Below are positions 1 through 12,201 of a stretch of 38,827 nucleotides of DNA, in pieces (position 1 is the first letter of the stretch; each line of letters begins with the position of its first letter). Below the pieces are notes generated by a model that was not told the origin of the DNA, made no database searches, and saw only the letters and a list, made by a program, of their open reading frames with translations. A program made the translations under genes and the position numbers. This DNA comes from Chiloscyllium plagiosum. Lineage: Eukaryota. The stretch covers positions 14,339,483 to 14,378,309 of the forward strand of contig NC_057751.1 of the NCBI RefSeq assembly GCF_004010195.1, written 5' to 3'.

Positions 1-1490
1 GTGTGTGTGTGTCTCTCTCTCTTACTCACTCTCACACTCTCTCACTGTGTGTGTGTGCGTCCCTCTCTCTTACTCTCTCTCACACACTCTCACAGTGAGA
101 GAGTTTGAGAGAGACGAAGAGAGAGAGACACACACAGTGAGTGTGTGTGTCTCTCTCTTTCACTCACTGTGTGTGTCTCTCTCTTTCACTCACTGTGTGT
201 GTCTCTCACTTTCACATTCTCTCACTGTGTGTGTGTCTCACTCTCTCTCACTGTGTGTGTGTGTGTCCCTCACACACACTCACTGTGTGTGTCTCTCACT
301 GTGTGTGTGTGTGTCCCTCACACTCTCTCTCACTCTCTCACTGTGTGTGTCTCTCTCTCTCTCACTGTGTGTGTGCGTCTCTCTCTCACTGTGTGTGTGC
401 GTCTCTCTCTCACTGTGTGTGTGCGTCTCTCTCTCACTGTGTGTGTGCGTCTCTCTCTCACTGTGTGTGTGCGTCTCTCTCTCACTGTGTGTGTGCGTCT
501 CTCTCTCACTGTGTGTGTGCGTCTCTCTCTCACTGTGGGTGTCTCTCTCTCTCTCACTGTGTGTGTGCGTCTCTCTCTCTCACTGTGTGTGCGTCTCTCT
601 CTCTCTCACTCTTACTGTGTGTGTGCGTCTCTCTCACTGTGTGTGCGTCTCTCTCACTGTGTGTGCGTCTCTCTCACTGTGTGTGTGCGTCTCTCTCTCA
701 CTGTGTGTGTGCGTCTCTCACTGTGTGTGTGCGTCTCTCTCTCACTGTGTGTGTGCGTCTCTCTCTCACTGTGTGTGTGCGTCTCTCTCTCACTGTGTGT
801 GTGTGTGCATCTCTCTCTCTCTCACTGTGTGTGCGTCTCTCTCTCTCTCACTGTGTGTGTGCGTCTCTCTCTCTCTCTCACTGTGTGTGTCCCTCACACT
901 CTCTCTCACTCTCTCACTGTGTGTGTCTCTCTCACTCTCTCACTGTGTGTGTGCGTCTCTCTCTCTCTCTCACTGTGTGTGTGTGTCCCTCACACTCTCT
1001 CTCACTGTGTGTGTGTCTCACTCTCACTCTCTCACTGTGTGTGCGTCTCTCTCTCTCTCACTCTCACTGTGTGTATGCGTCTCTCTCTCTCTCACTGTGT
1101 GTCCCTCACACTCTCACTCTCTCACTGTGTGTGTCTCTCTCTCACTGTGTGTGTGTCCCTCACACTCTCTCTCACTCTCTCACTGTGTGTGTGTCCCTCA
1201 CACTCTCACTCTCTCACTGTGTGTCTCTCTCACTCTCTCACTGTGTGTGCGTCTCTCTCTCTCACTGTGTGTGTCCCGCACACTCTCTCTCACTCTCTCA
1301 CTGGGTATCTCTCTCTCACTCTCTCACTGTGTGTGCGTCTCCCTCTCTCACTGTGTGTGTGTCCCTCACACTCTCTCACACTCTCTCACTGTGTGTGTGT
1401 CTTTCTCTCACTCTCACTGTGTGTGTCTCTATCACTCACTCTGTGTGTGTGTGTGTCTCTCTCTCTCTCCCTCTCTCTCTCACTCTCACT
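1..1490. repeat. Compound (CT)n/(GT)n minisatellite, unit ~20-28 bp (ctctctcactgtgtgtgtgcgt)
   Basis: Directly visible tandem units with variable CT and GT run lengths around a constant CACTGTG core. One inverted segment at ~92-140. Truncated by the window start. Confidence 0.97.
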
Positions 1491-4400
1491 GGCTGATCAT
1501 CCAACTGTGTACCCTGTTCCTCATTCAATATGATCGTAGGCTGATCATCCAACTGTGTTCCCTGTTCCTCATTCCATATGATCATAAGCTAATCATCCAA
1601 CTGTGTTCCCTGTTCCTCATTCAATATGATCGTAGGCTGATCATCCAACTGTGTACCCTGTTCCTCATTCCATATGATCTTAGGGTGATCATCAAACTGT
1701 GTACCCTGTTCCTCATTCAATACGATCATAGGCTAATCATCCAACTGTCTTCCCTGTTCTTCATTCAATATGATTTTAGAGTGATCATCAAACTGTGTAC
1801 CCTGTTCCTCATTTCATATGATCTTAGGGTGATCATCCAACTGTGTACCCTGTTCCTCATTCAATACGATCATAGGCTGATCATCCAACTGTGTTCCCTG
1901 TTCCACATTCAATATGATCGTAGGCTGATCATCCAACTGTGTACCCTGTTCCTCATTCAATATGATCATAGGCTAATCATCAAACTGTGTACCCTGTTCC
2001 ACATTCAATATGATCGTAGGCTAATCACCAAACTGTGTACCCTGTTCCTCATTCAATATGATTGTAGGGTGATCATCCAACTGTACCCTGTTCCTCATTC
2101 AATTCGATCAAAGGCTGATCATCAAACCGTGTACCCTGTTCCACATTCAATATGATCATAGACTAATCATCCAGCTGTGTACCCTGTTCCACATTCAATA
2201 TGATCGTAGGATAATCATCCAACTGTGTACCCTGTTCCACATTCAATATGATCGTAGGCTGATCATCCAACTGTGTACCCTGTTCCACATTCAATATGAT
2301 CATAGGCTGATCATCCAACTGTGTTCCCTGTTCCACATTTAATATGATCATAGGCTGATCATCCAACTGTGTTCCCTGTTCCACATTTAATATGATCATA
2401 GGCTGATCATCCAACTGTGTTCCCTGTTCCACATTTAATATGATCGTAGGATAATCATCCAACTGTGTACCCTGTTCCACATTCAATATGATCGTAGGCT
2501 GATCATCCAACCGTGTACCCTGTTCCACATTCAATATGATCATAGGCTGATCATCCAACTGTGTTCCCTGTTCCACATTCAATATGATCGTAGGCTGATC
2601 ATCCAACTGTGTACCCTGTTCCACATTCAATATGATCGTAGGCTGATCATCCAACCGTGTACCCTGTTCCTCATTCAATATGATCATAGGCTGATCATCC
2701 AACTGTGTACCCTGTTCCACATTCAATATGATCATAGGCTGACCATTCAACTGTGTACCCTGTTCCACATTCAACATGATCGTAGGCTGATCATCCAACT
2801 GTGTTCCCTGTTCCTCATTCAATATGATCGTAGGCTCACCATCCAACTGTGTACCCTGTTCCTCATTCAATATGATCGTAGGCTGATCATCCAACTGTGT
2901 ACCCTGTTCCTCATTCAATATGATCGTAGGCTGATCATCCAACTGTGTACCCTGTTCCTCATTCAATATGATCGTAGGCTGATCATCCAACTGTGTACCC
3001 TGTTCCTCATTCAATATGATCGTAGGCTGATCATCCAACTGTGTACCCTGTTCCTCATTCAATATGATCGTAGGCTGATCATCCAACTGTGTACCCTGTT
3101 CCTCATTCAATATGATCGTAGGCTGATCATCCAACTGTGTACCCTGTTCCTCATTCAATATGATCGTAGGGTGATCATCCAACTGTGTTCCCTGTTCCAC
3201 ATTCAATATGATCGTAGGCTGATCATCCAACTGTGTTCCCTGTTCCACATTCAGTATGATCGTAGGCTGATCATCCAACTGTGTTCCCTGTTCCACATTC
3301 AGTATGATCGTAGGCTGATCATCCAACTGTGTTCCCTGTTCCACATTCAGTATGATCGTAGGCTGATCATCCAACTGTGTTCCCTGTTCCACATTCAGTA
3401 TGATCGTAGGCTGATCATCCAACTGTGTTCCCTGTTCCACATTCAGTATGATCGTAGGCTGATCATCCAACTGTGTACCCTGTTCCTCATTCAATATGAT
3501 CGTAGGGTGATCATCCAACTGTGTTCCCTGTTCCACATTCAGTATGATCGTAGGCTGATCATCCAACTGTGTACCCTGTTCCTCATTCAATATGATCATA
3601 GGCTAATCATCCAGCTGTGTACCCTGTTCCTCATTCAATATGATCATAGGCTAATCATCCAGCTGTGTACCCTGTTCCTCATTCAATATGATCATAGGCT
3701 AATCATCCAGCTGTGTACCCTGTTCCTCATTCAATATGATCATAGGCTAATCATCCAGCTGTGTACCCTGTTCCTCATTCAATATGATCGTAGGCTGATC
3801 ATCCAACTGTGTACCCTGTTCCTCAATCAATATGATTATAGGCTGATCATCCAACTGTGTACCCTGTTCCTCATTCCATATGATCATAGGCTGATCATCC
3901 AACTGTGTACCCTGTTCCTCATGTAATATGATCACAGGCTAATCATCAAACTGTGTACCCTGTTCCACATTCAATATGATCATAAGCTGATCATCCAACT
4001 GTGTACCCTGTTCCACATTCAATATGATCAGAGGCTGATCATCCAACTGTGTTCCCTGTTCCACATTCAGTATGATCGTAGGCTGATCATCCAACTGTGT
4101 TCCCTGTTCCACATTCAATATGATCGTAGGCTGATCATCCAACTGTGTTCCCTGTTCCTCATTCAACATGATCGTAGAGTGATCATCAAACTGTGTACCC
4201 TGTTCCTCATTCAACATGATCGTAGGCTGATCATCCAACCGTGTACCCTGTTCCACATTCAATATGATCAGAGGCTAATCATCAAACTGTGTACCCTGTT
4301 CCACGTTCAATATGTTTCGTCGGCTAATCATCCAACTGTGTACCCTGTTCCTCATTCAACATGATCGTAGGCTGATCAACCAACTGTGTTCCCTGTTCCA

Positions 4401-6070
4401 CATTCAATATGATCATAGGCTGATCATCCAACTGTGTACCCTGTTCCACATTCAATATGATCAGAGGCTGATCATCAAACTGTTTACCCTGTTCCTCATT
4501 CAATATGATCGTAGGCTGATCATCCAACTGTGTACCCTGTTCCACATTCAATATGATCGCAGGCTGATCATGAAACTGTGTACCCTGTTCCACATTCAAT
4601 ATGTTTCGTCGGCTAATCATCCAACTGTGTACCCTGTTCCTCATTCCATATGATCATAGGCTGATCATCCAACTGTGTACCCTGTTCCACATTCAATATG
4701 ATCATGGGCTGATCATCCAACTGTGTACCCTGTTCCTCATTCAATATGATCGTAGGGTGATCATCCAACTGTGTTCCCTGTTCCACATTCAATATGATCG
4801 TAGGGTGATCATCCAACTGTGTACCCTGTTCCTCATTCAATATGATCATGGGCTGATCATCCAACTGTGTACCCTGTTCCTCATTCAATATGATCGTAGG
4901 GTGATCATCCAACTGTGTTCCCTGTTCCTCATTCAATATGATCAGAGGCTAATCATCAAACTGTGTACCCTGTTCCTCATTCAATATGATCGTAGGCTGA
5001 TCATCCAACTGTGTACCCTGTTCCTCATTCAATATGATTATAGGCTGATCATCAAACTGTGTACCCTGTTCCTCATTCAATATGATCATCGGCTGATCAT
5101 CCAACTGTGTACCCTGTTCCTCATTCAATATGATCGTAGGGTGATCATCCAACTGTGTACCCTGTTCCTCATTCAATATGATCGTAGGCTGATCATCCAA
5201 CTGTGTTCCCTGTTCCTCATTCAATATGATCAGAGGCTAATCATTAAACTGTGTTCCCTGTTCCACATTCAATTTGATCGTAGGCTGATCATCCAACTGT
5301 GTACCCTGTTCCACATTCAATATGGTCGTAGGCTGATCATCCAACTGTGTTCCCTGTTCCACATTTAATATGATCGTAGGCTGATCATCCAACTGTGTAC
5401 CCTGTTCCACATTCAATATGATCGTAGGGTGATCATCCAACTGTGTTCCCTGTTCCACATTCAATATGATCATAGGCTAATCATCCAACTGTGTTCCCTG
5501 TTCCATATTCAATATGATCATAGGCTGATCATCCAACTGTGTACCCTGTTCCACATTCAATATGATCGTAGGCTGATCATCCAACTGTGTACCCTGTTCC
5601 ACATTCAATATGATCATAGGCTGATCATCCAACTGTGTACCCTGTTCCTCATTCAATATGATCATAGGCTGTTCATCCAACTGTGTTCCCTGTTCCTCAT
5701 TCAATATGATCGTAGGCTGATCATCCAACTGTGTACCCTGTTCATTCAATATGATCGTAGGCTGATCATCCAACTGTGTTCCCTGTTCCTCATTCAATAT
5801 GATCGTAGGCTGATCATCCAACTGTGTACCCTGTTCCTCATTCAATATGATCGTAAGCTGATCATCCAACTGTGTTCCCTGTTCCTCATTCAATATGATC
5901 GTAGGCTGATCATCCAACTGTGTTCCCTGTTCCTCATTCAATATGATCGTAGGCTGGTCATCCAACTGTGTACCCTGTTCCTCATTCAATATGATCGTAG
6001 GCTGATCATCCAACTGTGTACCCTGTTCTACATTTAACATTATCCTGGCTGCTCTAACTGTGTACCCCGT
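1490..6070. repeat. 48-bp tandem satellite, ~95 copies (ggctgatcatccaactgtgtaccctgttcctcattcaatatgatcgta)
   Basis: 48-bp period is visible throughout, with few indels and blocks of shared variants. The 16-aa repeat ORFs on both strands follow from the period being a multiple of 3. Confidence 0.98.
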
Positions 6071-6126
6071 TCCCACTTACTCCCATACCATTTGATCTCT
6101 TTAGCCCTCACAACTTGATTTACATC

Positions 6127-6272
6127 TAACATCCTCTGCTAACAGAGACGACTGCGTGTTTATGTTCCTGTGTATATAACATCCTCTCCTAACAGGGACG
6201 AGTGTGTTCATGTTCCTGTGTATATAACATCCTCTGCTAACAGAGACGACTGCGTGTTCATGTTCCTGTGTA
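6127..6272. repeat. Short tandem triplication of a ~49-50 bp unit (taacatcctctgctaacagagacgactgcgtgttyatgttcctgtgtata)
   Basis: Three near-identical copies starting at about 6127, 6177 and 6226. Confidence 0.9.
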
Positions 6273-6627
6273 AATCAGATGTCGATTTGAGAGTGATCTG
6301 AGAGTTTCCTGCTCACATTCTCTAATTTCATTCCGAGTTGTCCTGGCACATCTCTGGAGTAGCTGGGACTTGATCCTTGGACTCTGAAATGTGGGCACAG
6401 CCAGGACACCACAAGACCCCCTAGGGTTTACAGCATCTTATCTTTAAGGGAGTGCCCTCTTCCTGGAATGAGAGAGTGCTTTGAATTCACAAGCCAATCA
6501 CACTGGAATCCATTGTTCTGTTGGCGTCTCTGCTTCCTGGCTTTGTGCGTGTTTTACTGTTGCCACTCAACTCCCCCCGAGCGTTGCTCGTTCACTGATG
6601 GCTGATGGATTCCGCGACCATGCTCGT

Positions 6628-6635
6628 TGACGTGA
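6628..6635. promoter_or_regulatory. CRE-like site (TGACGTGA) in a locally CpG-retaining stretch
   Basis: 7/8 match to TGACGTCA. Several CpGs are retained at 6575-6695. Confidence 0.25.
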
Positions 6636-6975
6636 CAGCAGAGGCACTGGGGGCGAAGGTGACAATCAGGCGCCACTGTTCCTGTGCGTCGATTAGAAAG
6701 TGACAGAAATTGGTGAAACATCATGCTCACGGTCCGTGTGACCTTGTGTGGTCTGCATCAACCCCAATCTCTAGGTTTCCACAAGTACGTTCCCAGACAG
6801 TGCTCGCCACCAGAGTGAATTGTGGCCTCTCAGAATGAAGCCAGGAGGCCTTCCCAGTTGCAATATGCTGTGGTGATGATTTCCAGCCAGGATCTTTCAG
6901 AGTACGGAGACAGATGCTCCCCTCCTCCCTGACCCCCAGCCTGTGATTGTGTGCCAGGGTGCTCAGCGAGCTCTG

Positions 6976-7027
6976 ATTGGCCCTCCCAGGAACATTCTAG
7001 AATCTGCATTCTGGAACCTTCCAGAGA
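6976..7027. promoter_or_regulatory. CCAAT box (reverse) plus two tandem perfect heat-shock elements
   Basis: ATTGG at 6976-6980. gGAAc-aTTCt-aGAAt at 6989-7003 and aTTCt-gGAAc-cTTCc-aGAga at 7008-7027 are both canonical alternating nGAAn trimers. Confidence 0.6.
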
Positions 7028-7181
7028 ACAGCAGGTGCTCCAGGTGCCACTGGCTGTGAGGCAACGAGGTCAGGGACACGCTGCCAACGCCTCAGGCAGT
7101 AGGAACCACCATGGATAAATCCCACATGGATTCTGATCTCCTCCTTTCCTGGATTTGGGTCTTTGAGAGTACGTCCAGTTC

Positions 7182-7252
7182 ATGAGGGGAAAAATCTATC
7201 AGCAAAAGTCCAAGAAACGGGCTCGGCCAAGAGTTGCTCTGAATTCTAACAG
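7182..7252 (+). other. Candidate first (coding or non-coding) exon end: ATG 7182 open to splice donor AG|GTAAGG at 7252/7253 (MRGKIYQQKSKKRARPRVALNSN-R)
   Basis: Lies just downstream of the HSE/CCAAT cluster, with a good donor site and a basic NLS-like peptide. It overlaps the putative BEL gag Zn-knuckle remnant, so it may be exapted or coincidental. Confidence 0.25.
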
Positions 7253-7334
7253 GTAAGGAGTCTCAGTTCCCAACAATTCCATTTGTCAAGTCGAGTTTCG
7301 GAGTGTAGGAATTTGGTTGACCGCGCCTGGGGTT

Positions 7335-7348
7335 GTTTCCATGGCAAC
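7335..7348. promoter_or_regulatory. RFX X-box (GTTTCCATGGCAAC)
   Basis: Matches the X-box consensus GTYNCY-AT-RGNAAC at every position. Located ~310 bp downstream of the HSE pair. Confidence 0.55.
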
Positions 7349-8269
7349 TCGAAGAACATGGGCTTATCCCCCTCTTCCTGTTTGGATGCCCCTCTTGCCC
7401 CCAAACAGACCCCATAACCCCTCCATCAGTGAGACCACCTCTCAGAATTGAACTGTCTCTGCCCTTGCCTCAGCTCCATCCCCCACCCCACCCCCATCCT
7501 TGCCTTTGTGCGCGCTCTCTCTCTCTCTCTCTCCCTTATTCACAACTGGTTTACACCATTCGTCAAATTTCTGGTGCCTGTGCTGAATGCATTTGCTGTT
7601 CCTGAAAATGTTCTACCCCAATTTTACTTCAAAAGCTTTGCCAAATCAAAGTTCTGTTGGGGATCCTCACCTCTTACGCATATGTGAAAATTCTGTTCCC
7701 ACATGACATTGACAAGCAGCCATCAGCTGAATTGTGAATTTGGAAGTTCCTGTGAGGTCGAATGTCACCTCTGTTGTGAATACATCCACACTGCAAGATG
7801 AAAAGGCCCACTCAGTTTGACGAGAAAGCCTCAGGCATGGTATGCTTTGTATTAAACCTTCATTGCTTCCCTTCTCATGTCAATGGGCCTGAGAAACATA
7901 TTCTCCCAATTCGAGAACAACGTTTGGTGATGAACAGAATTGGGTCGCATTTGCAACTTCATTAAAAACAAATTCTCCAGAGATCTGTTTGAGGCGAAGA
8001 AAGCGTCAACAGCTTTATGGTCCAGGAGGAAAGGAAAATTATGGAACTTTTAAACGCCAAATTATCGACCAAGAATGGCCTGTTCAAGTCTTCATTGAGC
8101 TTCAGGGAAAAGGCTGATGGAAAGTTATCAGCTTTGAGCTCATCTACATGGAGGCAAGATGGAACACAAGCTGGGAAAAAGCTGTGACACTGCTGTAGTC
8201 AATAAACTCACTTGACAGTGGAGAGGGACATGTCATGGATTTTACTTTACCAGTCCAATGGGATTGGAT

Positions 8270-8850
8270 CAACATACTTCAGCTGTCCAGGACATTGGTT
8301 AGGCCACTGTTGGAATATTATGTGCAATTCTAATCTCCTTCCTATCGGAACAATGTTGTGAAACTTGAAAGGGTTCAGAAAAGATTTACAAGGATGTTGC
8401 CAGGGTTGGAGGATTTGAGCTCCAGGGAGAGGCTGAACAGGCTGGGGCTGTTTTCCCTGGAGAGTAGGATGCTGAGGGGTGACCTTATCGAGGTTTATAA
8501 AATCATGAGGGGCATGGATAGGGTAAATAGACCAAGTATCTTTCCTGGGGTGGGTGAGTCCAGAACTCGAGGGGCATAGGTTTAGGTTGAGAGGGGAAAA
8601 GAGACCCAAGGGGCAACTTTTTCAAGCAGAGGGTGGTCTGTGTATGGAATGACTTGCCAGAGGGAGTAGTGGAGGCTGGTACAATTACAGCATTGACAAG
8701 GCATTTGGATGGGTATATGAATAGGAAGGGTTTGGAAGGATATGGGCTGGGTGCTGGCAGGTGGGACTAGATTGGGTTCGGATATCTAGTCAACATGGAC
8801 GGGTTGGACCGAAGGGTCTGTTTCTGTGCTGTACATCTCTATGACTCTAT
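8270..8850 (+). mobile_element. CR1 LINE 3' fragment (ORF2 C-terminus, 3' UTR, microsatellite tail)
   Basis: LSRTLVRPLLEYYVQF*SP..KLERVQKRFTRMLPGLE..LFSLESRMLRGDLIEVYKIMRG. Ends ...gaagggtctgtttctgtgctgtacatctctatgactctat. Confidence 0.96.
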
Positions 8851-10543
8851 ACTGTGGTCACGTTGACCTGCACCCACACTGGCTGAATGGGAACTGGAGA
8901 AAACGCCGATGGAGAAATGCTCAGCTCGGTCAGAGAAACAATGGTCTCTTCAGTCATGGTTCCTGCGAGATGTTTGTTGATAAGTAATCGTTGAGCAGGT
9001 TTGTGTTCCTTCACTGTGCCAAACCCCTCTCTCGGAACATCTACTCTGCCTGAAGCACCAACATTGCCAATCATTTTCCTTGTACTCGCCAACTCCAAAA
9101 ATCCAGACTGTAGTTTCCTCCAAGACATATACATTTTGCTGCATTTGAGATGTTGCTGTTGGATGTGTTATTGATTTCAGTTATTAATGTGACACACGAT
9201 TTCAATTCAGCATCCAAGAGGATGGAGAGGAAGGGGGGAACGTTGTGTTGGACCTTCCACAGTGTGTTTAAATTCTTATATTCAGCAAAAGAATTGCAAG
9301 TCAAATCTTAGAAACAGTAATATTTGTTTATTGAACACAGTATTAGAGCAATAAAGTATCCTATAAACTAATGATAAACACTACAAATTATCTTATACTT
9401 GACTTAACTTTGTATAGTTAGATGCCACCTCACTGGAACGAGGCTGGGCTCCACAAGAGGTCTTTGTCTTCTGATGGACTTGGAGGTATCCTCTCTCTCT
9501 GATATTCTCGAGTTTGCACCCTGAGTGGGGTTTTCTGATGGTTCTTATCCTTTCAAGTCTTCGTGCCTTTTTGGGAGGGTCTTGAGGATCTGCCAATGGA
9601 TTGATCAGGTTCGATTCCATTATGGTAAGTGCTGGGTGCACATAACCTCGAAATAAGGGCGTGAGGTGCCTTCGTGTCTCGCGAATGACTTGATATTCCC
9701 GCGGGCGGTCTTCCATTGACCCATTCAAGTCTGACTTCAGCCATGTATTCTGCACACTTGCAGCATCACCTGTGGGAGCTGGGCCTGTCTGGAGTCTGTA
9801 GCATGTGAATGGATACCGTCACTTCAGTCAAGGCTGGGTTCCATTTCCCAGCATGCTCTAATCATTGTCCCTCTTTTGTAAACCCCCACGGTAAATTGAT
9901 TATTGTCCATCATAAGTTCATGATTTCAGGTGGCCCATCCAGCCATAGTTGCTTCATCAGCCTTTTAACTGTTGGGATAAATACACACCAGAACAGTTTC
10001 TGAACCGAATTGAGTGCTTGGTGTGCTGGTGAAACCTCTGTTCGAGGTAGGCTGTGGCAGTGTCACGCTGAGTGAGCAAGTCACTCTCGAATGTGATGTT
10101 CTCTCACAGAGCACAGTGAGCTGAGTGCTCCACACATAGTCCACGATCATTAATCGTAGTCCAGATACATCCACCTCCAAGGACCCCGAGAAAGACAAGG
10201 ACCAAAAGCCAAAACAGCAAGCCATGCAGAACAGCATGCTCTGATTCAGAACCGTTCCACGTAGCGAACATCTGACAGTGCTGCACTTGCTCATGACTGC
10301 TCAGATCTCCTGTTCCACTCTCCAGGTGTGTTCGGTAAACCCCCAACCTGCTGACACAGACACCAAGTGTGATAACCACTGAGTTACTCTTGGTGACAAA
10401 ACAAATGCTACTTCAAGATAGGGGAACATCAGTGGCAATTGCAGGGTCAGACAAACAAATGAGGGGATGGAATATTAACGACACACGTTTTGCAGCAATC
10501 AGTGAAACTTCAACTTGTACAGTTTACTAAATGTAATGCACTA

Positions 10544-10890
10544 CACGCTGGCTCAGCGGTTAGCACTGCTGCCTCACAGTACCAGGGACCTGGGTTCGAT
10601 TCCAGCCTCGGGCGACTGCCTGTGAGGAGTTTGCACATTCTCCCTGTATCTGCGTGGGTTTCCTCCAGATGCTCTGGTTTCCTCCCACAGTCCCAAAGGT
10701 GTGTGGGTCAGGTGAATTGGCGAGGCTAAATTGCCCATAGTGTCCTGGGTTGTACAGGCTAGATGGGTTTGACATGGGAAATGCAGAGTTACCAGGACAG
10801 GGGTTAGTCTGGGTGAGATGCTCTTCAATGGGTCAGTGCAGACTTGATGGACTAAGTGGCCTCTTTCTGAACTGTTGAGATTCTGTGACA
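10544..10890 (+). mobile_element. tRNA-derived SINE (HE1/V-SINE-like)
   Basis: A box tggctcagcggtt, B box gggttcgattcc, core gagtttgcacattctccc..tgcgtgggtttcctcc, and a CR1-like 3' tail. Confidence 0.93.
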
Positions 10891-12201
10891 CAGAAAAATG
10901 CTGTGTCCCATTTGTCCGTACAACTGTAATCTGTACAATCTTCTGTGTTTCAGACTGCCTGGCTATTTCCCTGACACAGGAAGCCTGTTTCCCAGGAATG
11001 TGGCACTCCTCAGGCTGTAGTTAATCTTGATCGTTTTATAACAGCAACGGAGAACTCCCAGGTTTGCCAAGAGCTGGCTTTATTTAATTCTGAGCAGCAT
11101 CAGACAGGGCACGTGAGTCATGGTGTGGCTGTCACCCTGAGGATGCTCTCTGCTCCCTAATCCGTGCGCTGAGCGTCCTGGCTGAAGCCTTAACCATCTT
11201 CATGTTTCGCCAAGTCCTGCAGAGTACATTGACAGCTTGAGCCCATCAGTTTCGGCTGAAGACACGGTCGGCCATTGCTTTGTGGCCTGGTCACTGGTGC
11301 AGAGAGTGACCGGTTGACTTTGGGTTTGAGTTCCTGCAGCCTCTGTTTCCTGGCACTGGGTCATCGGTGCAATTCCTGCTGCAGGGAGCCACACACCATC
11401 CGACACAGTCTGGGCTGCCCTTGGAGAATCGGCCACACTGCAGCTCCGTCCTTGCACCCGCTCCTTGAGTTTTTTTTCTGTCCACGTCAACACTTCCAAA
11501 TTATCCCGTGCCCACAATTTCAGCCTTTTGTATGACGTGGGAAACCAAAGACAAAGAAATTGATCCTGGTGCGCTGGAATATATTTTCCAGGATTCGCTG
11601 ACCCAGCAACTCTGGCCGAGTTCAGCAATAACTGCTCGAAACACCGACTGCAAGCTGAAATTGTCAGGTCTAGCGATCAGCCTGTTCTGTCAGCTCCATG
11701 TGCAAATGTTCTGACAGCCCTGACTTGCAGCTGGTGAGACCAGGGTAGGCGAGGCTTGAGGGGTTGCAGGGGGAGGGAATCTGCTGCGATTTTGAAAGGT
11801 GCTGGCCATTCAGATTCTCCTGATATCTGCGTGAACCACACGCACTCTGATCTCACACTGTAACTCAGTTGCCACATCCATCTGGCAGGAGGTCCTGCTC
11901 CATTTGCTGGGTCAAGAATCAGCGAGGTCCTCACCTGGGCACCAAATGAGTGAAAGTGACATCCTGCTGGGGTTCCCATCACCAATTCTGGGAGCTCAAA
12001 GTGGTTTGGGACTGATGACCCCTCCCCTAATGTGTTCACAAGCAACCCAACGGTTAGCTCCCTGGCACGGACTGTCTAAGCCCAACCCAGCAAGAAGACC
12101 ACTGAAGAACTGCTGGGGGACTTCTTGCCCCAGAGACTCTCAACTCGCCCCCACCCCTGCCCCTTCAGCCAAGGGGACCTCCTAATTGCTTGTCTTCAGT
12201 T

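Noticed and set aside
5..2155. 716-aa and overlapping Cys/Val/Ser/Leu-rich ORFs
   Set aside because: They are translations of the CT/GT minisatellite, which lacks stop codons by composition and is open in several frames.
1490..6070. CRISPR-like array
   Set aside because: Units are contiguous with no unique spacers, there are no cas genes, and the context is eukaryotic.
2163..6076. 16-aa repeat proteins (IILNEEQGTQLDDQPT on minus; LIIQLCTLFLIQYDRR on plus)
   Set aside because: The 48-bp period keeps frame on both strands. Stops and 1-3 nt indels are scattered through the array, and the unit looks LINE-derived.
9393..9950. Minus-strand 120-aa ORF / Gypsy integrase tail or endogenous viral gene
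   Set aside because: Only a loose PRSY..RRNR-like resemblance. The plus-strand BEL/Pao reading explains the same bases within a much longer colinear motif series.
10544..10615. tRNA genes at the SINE heads (also 12202, 18870-18940, 28808)
   Set aside because: A and B boxes are present, but they continue into SINE cores and LINE-like tails rather than forming complete cloverleaves.
10980..11112. Candidate exon 2 (cag|g..cac|gtgagt, open frame KPVSQECGTPQAVVNLDRF..)
   Set aside because: It is phase-compatible with the 7252 donor, but the open frame coincides with the putative BEL pol remnant (VNLDRF), which explains it without a host exon. Not excluded without RNA data.
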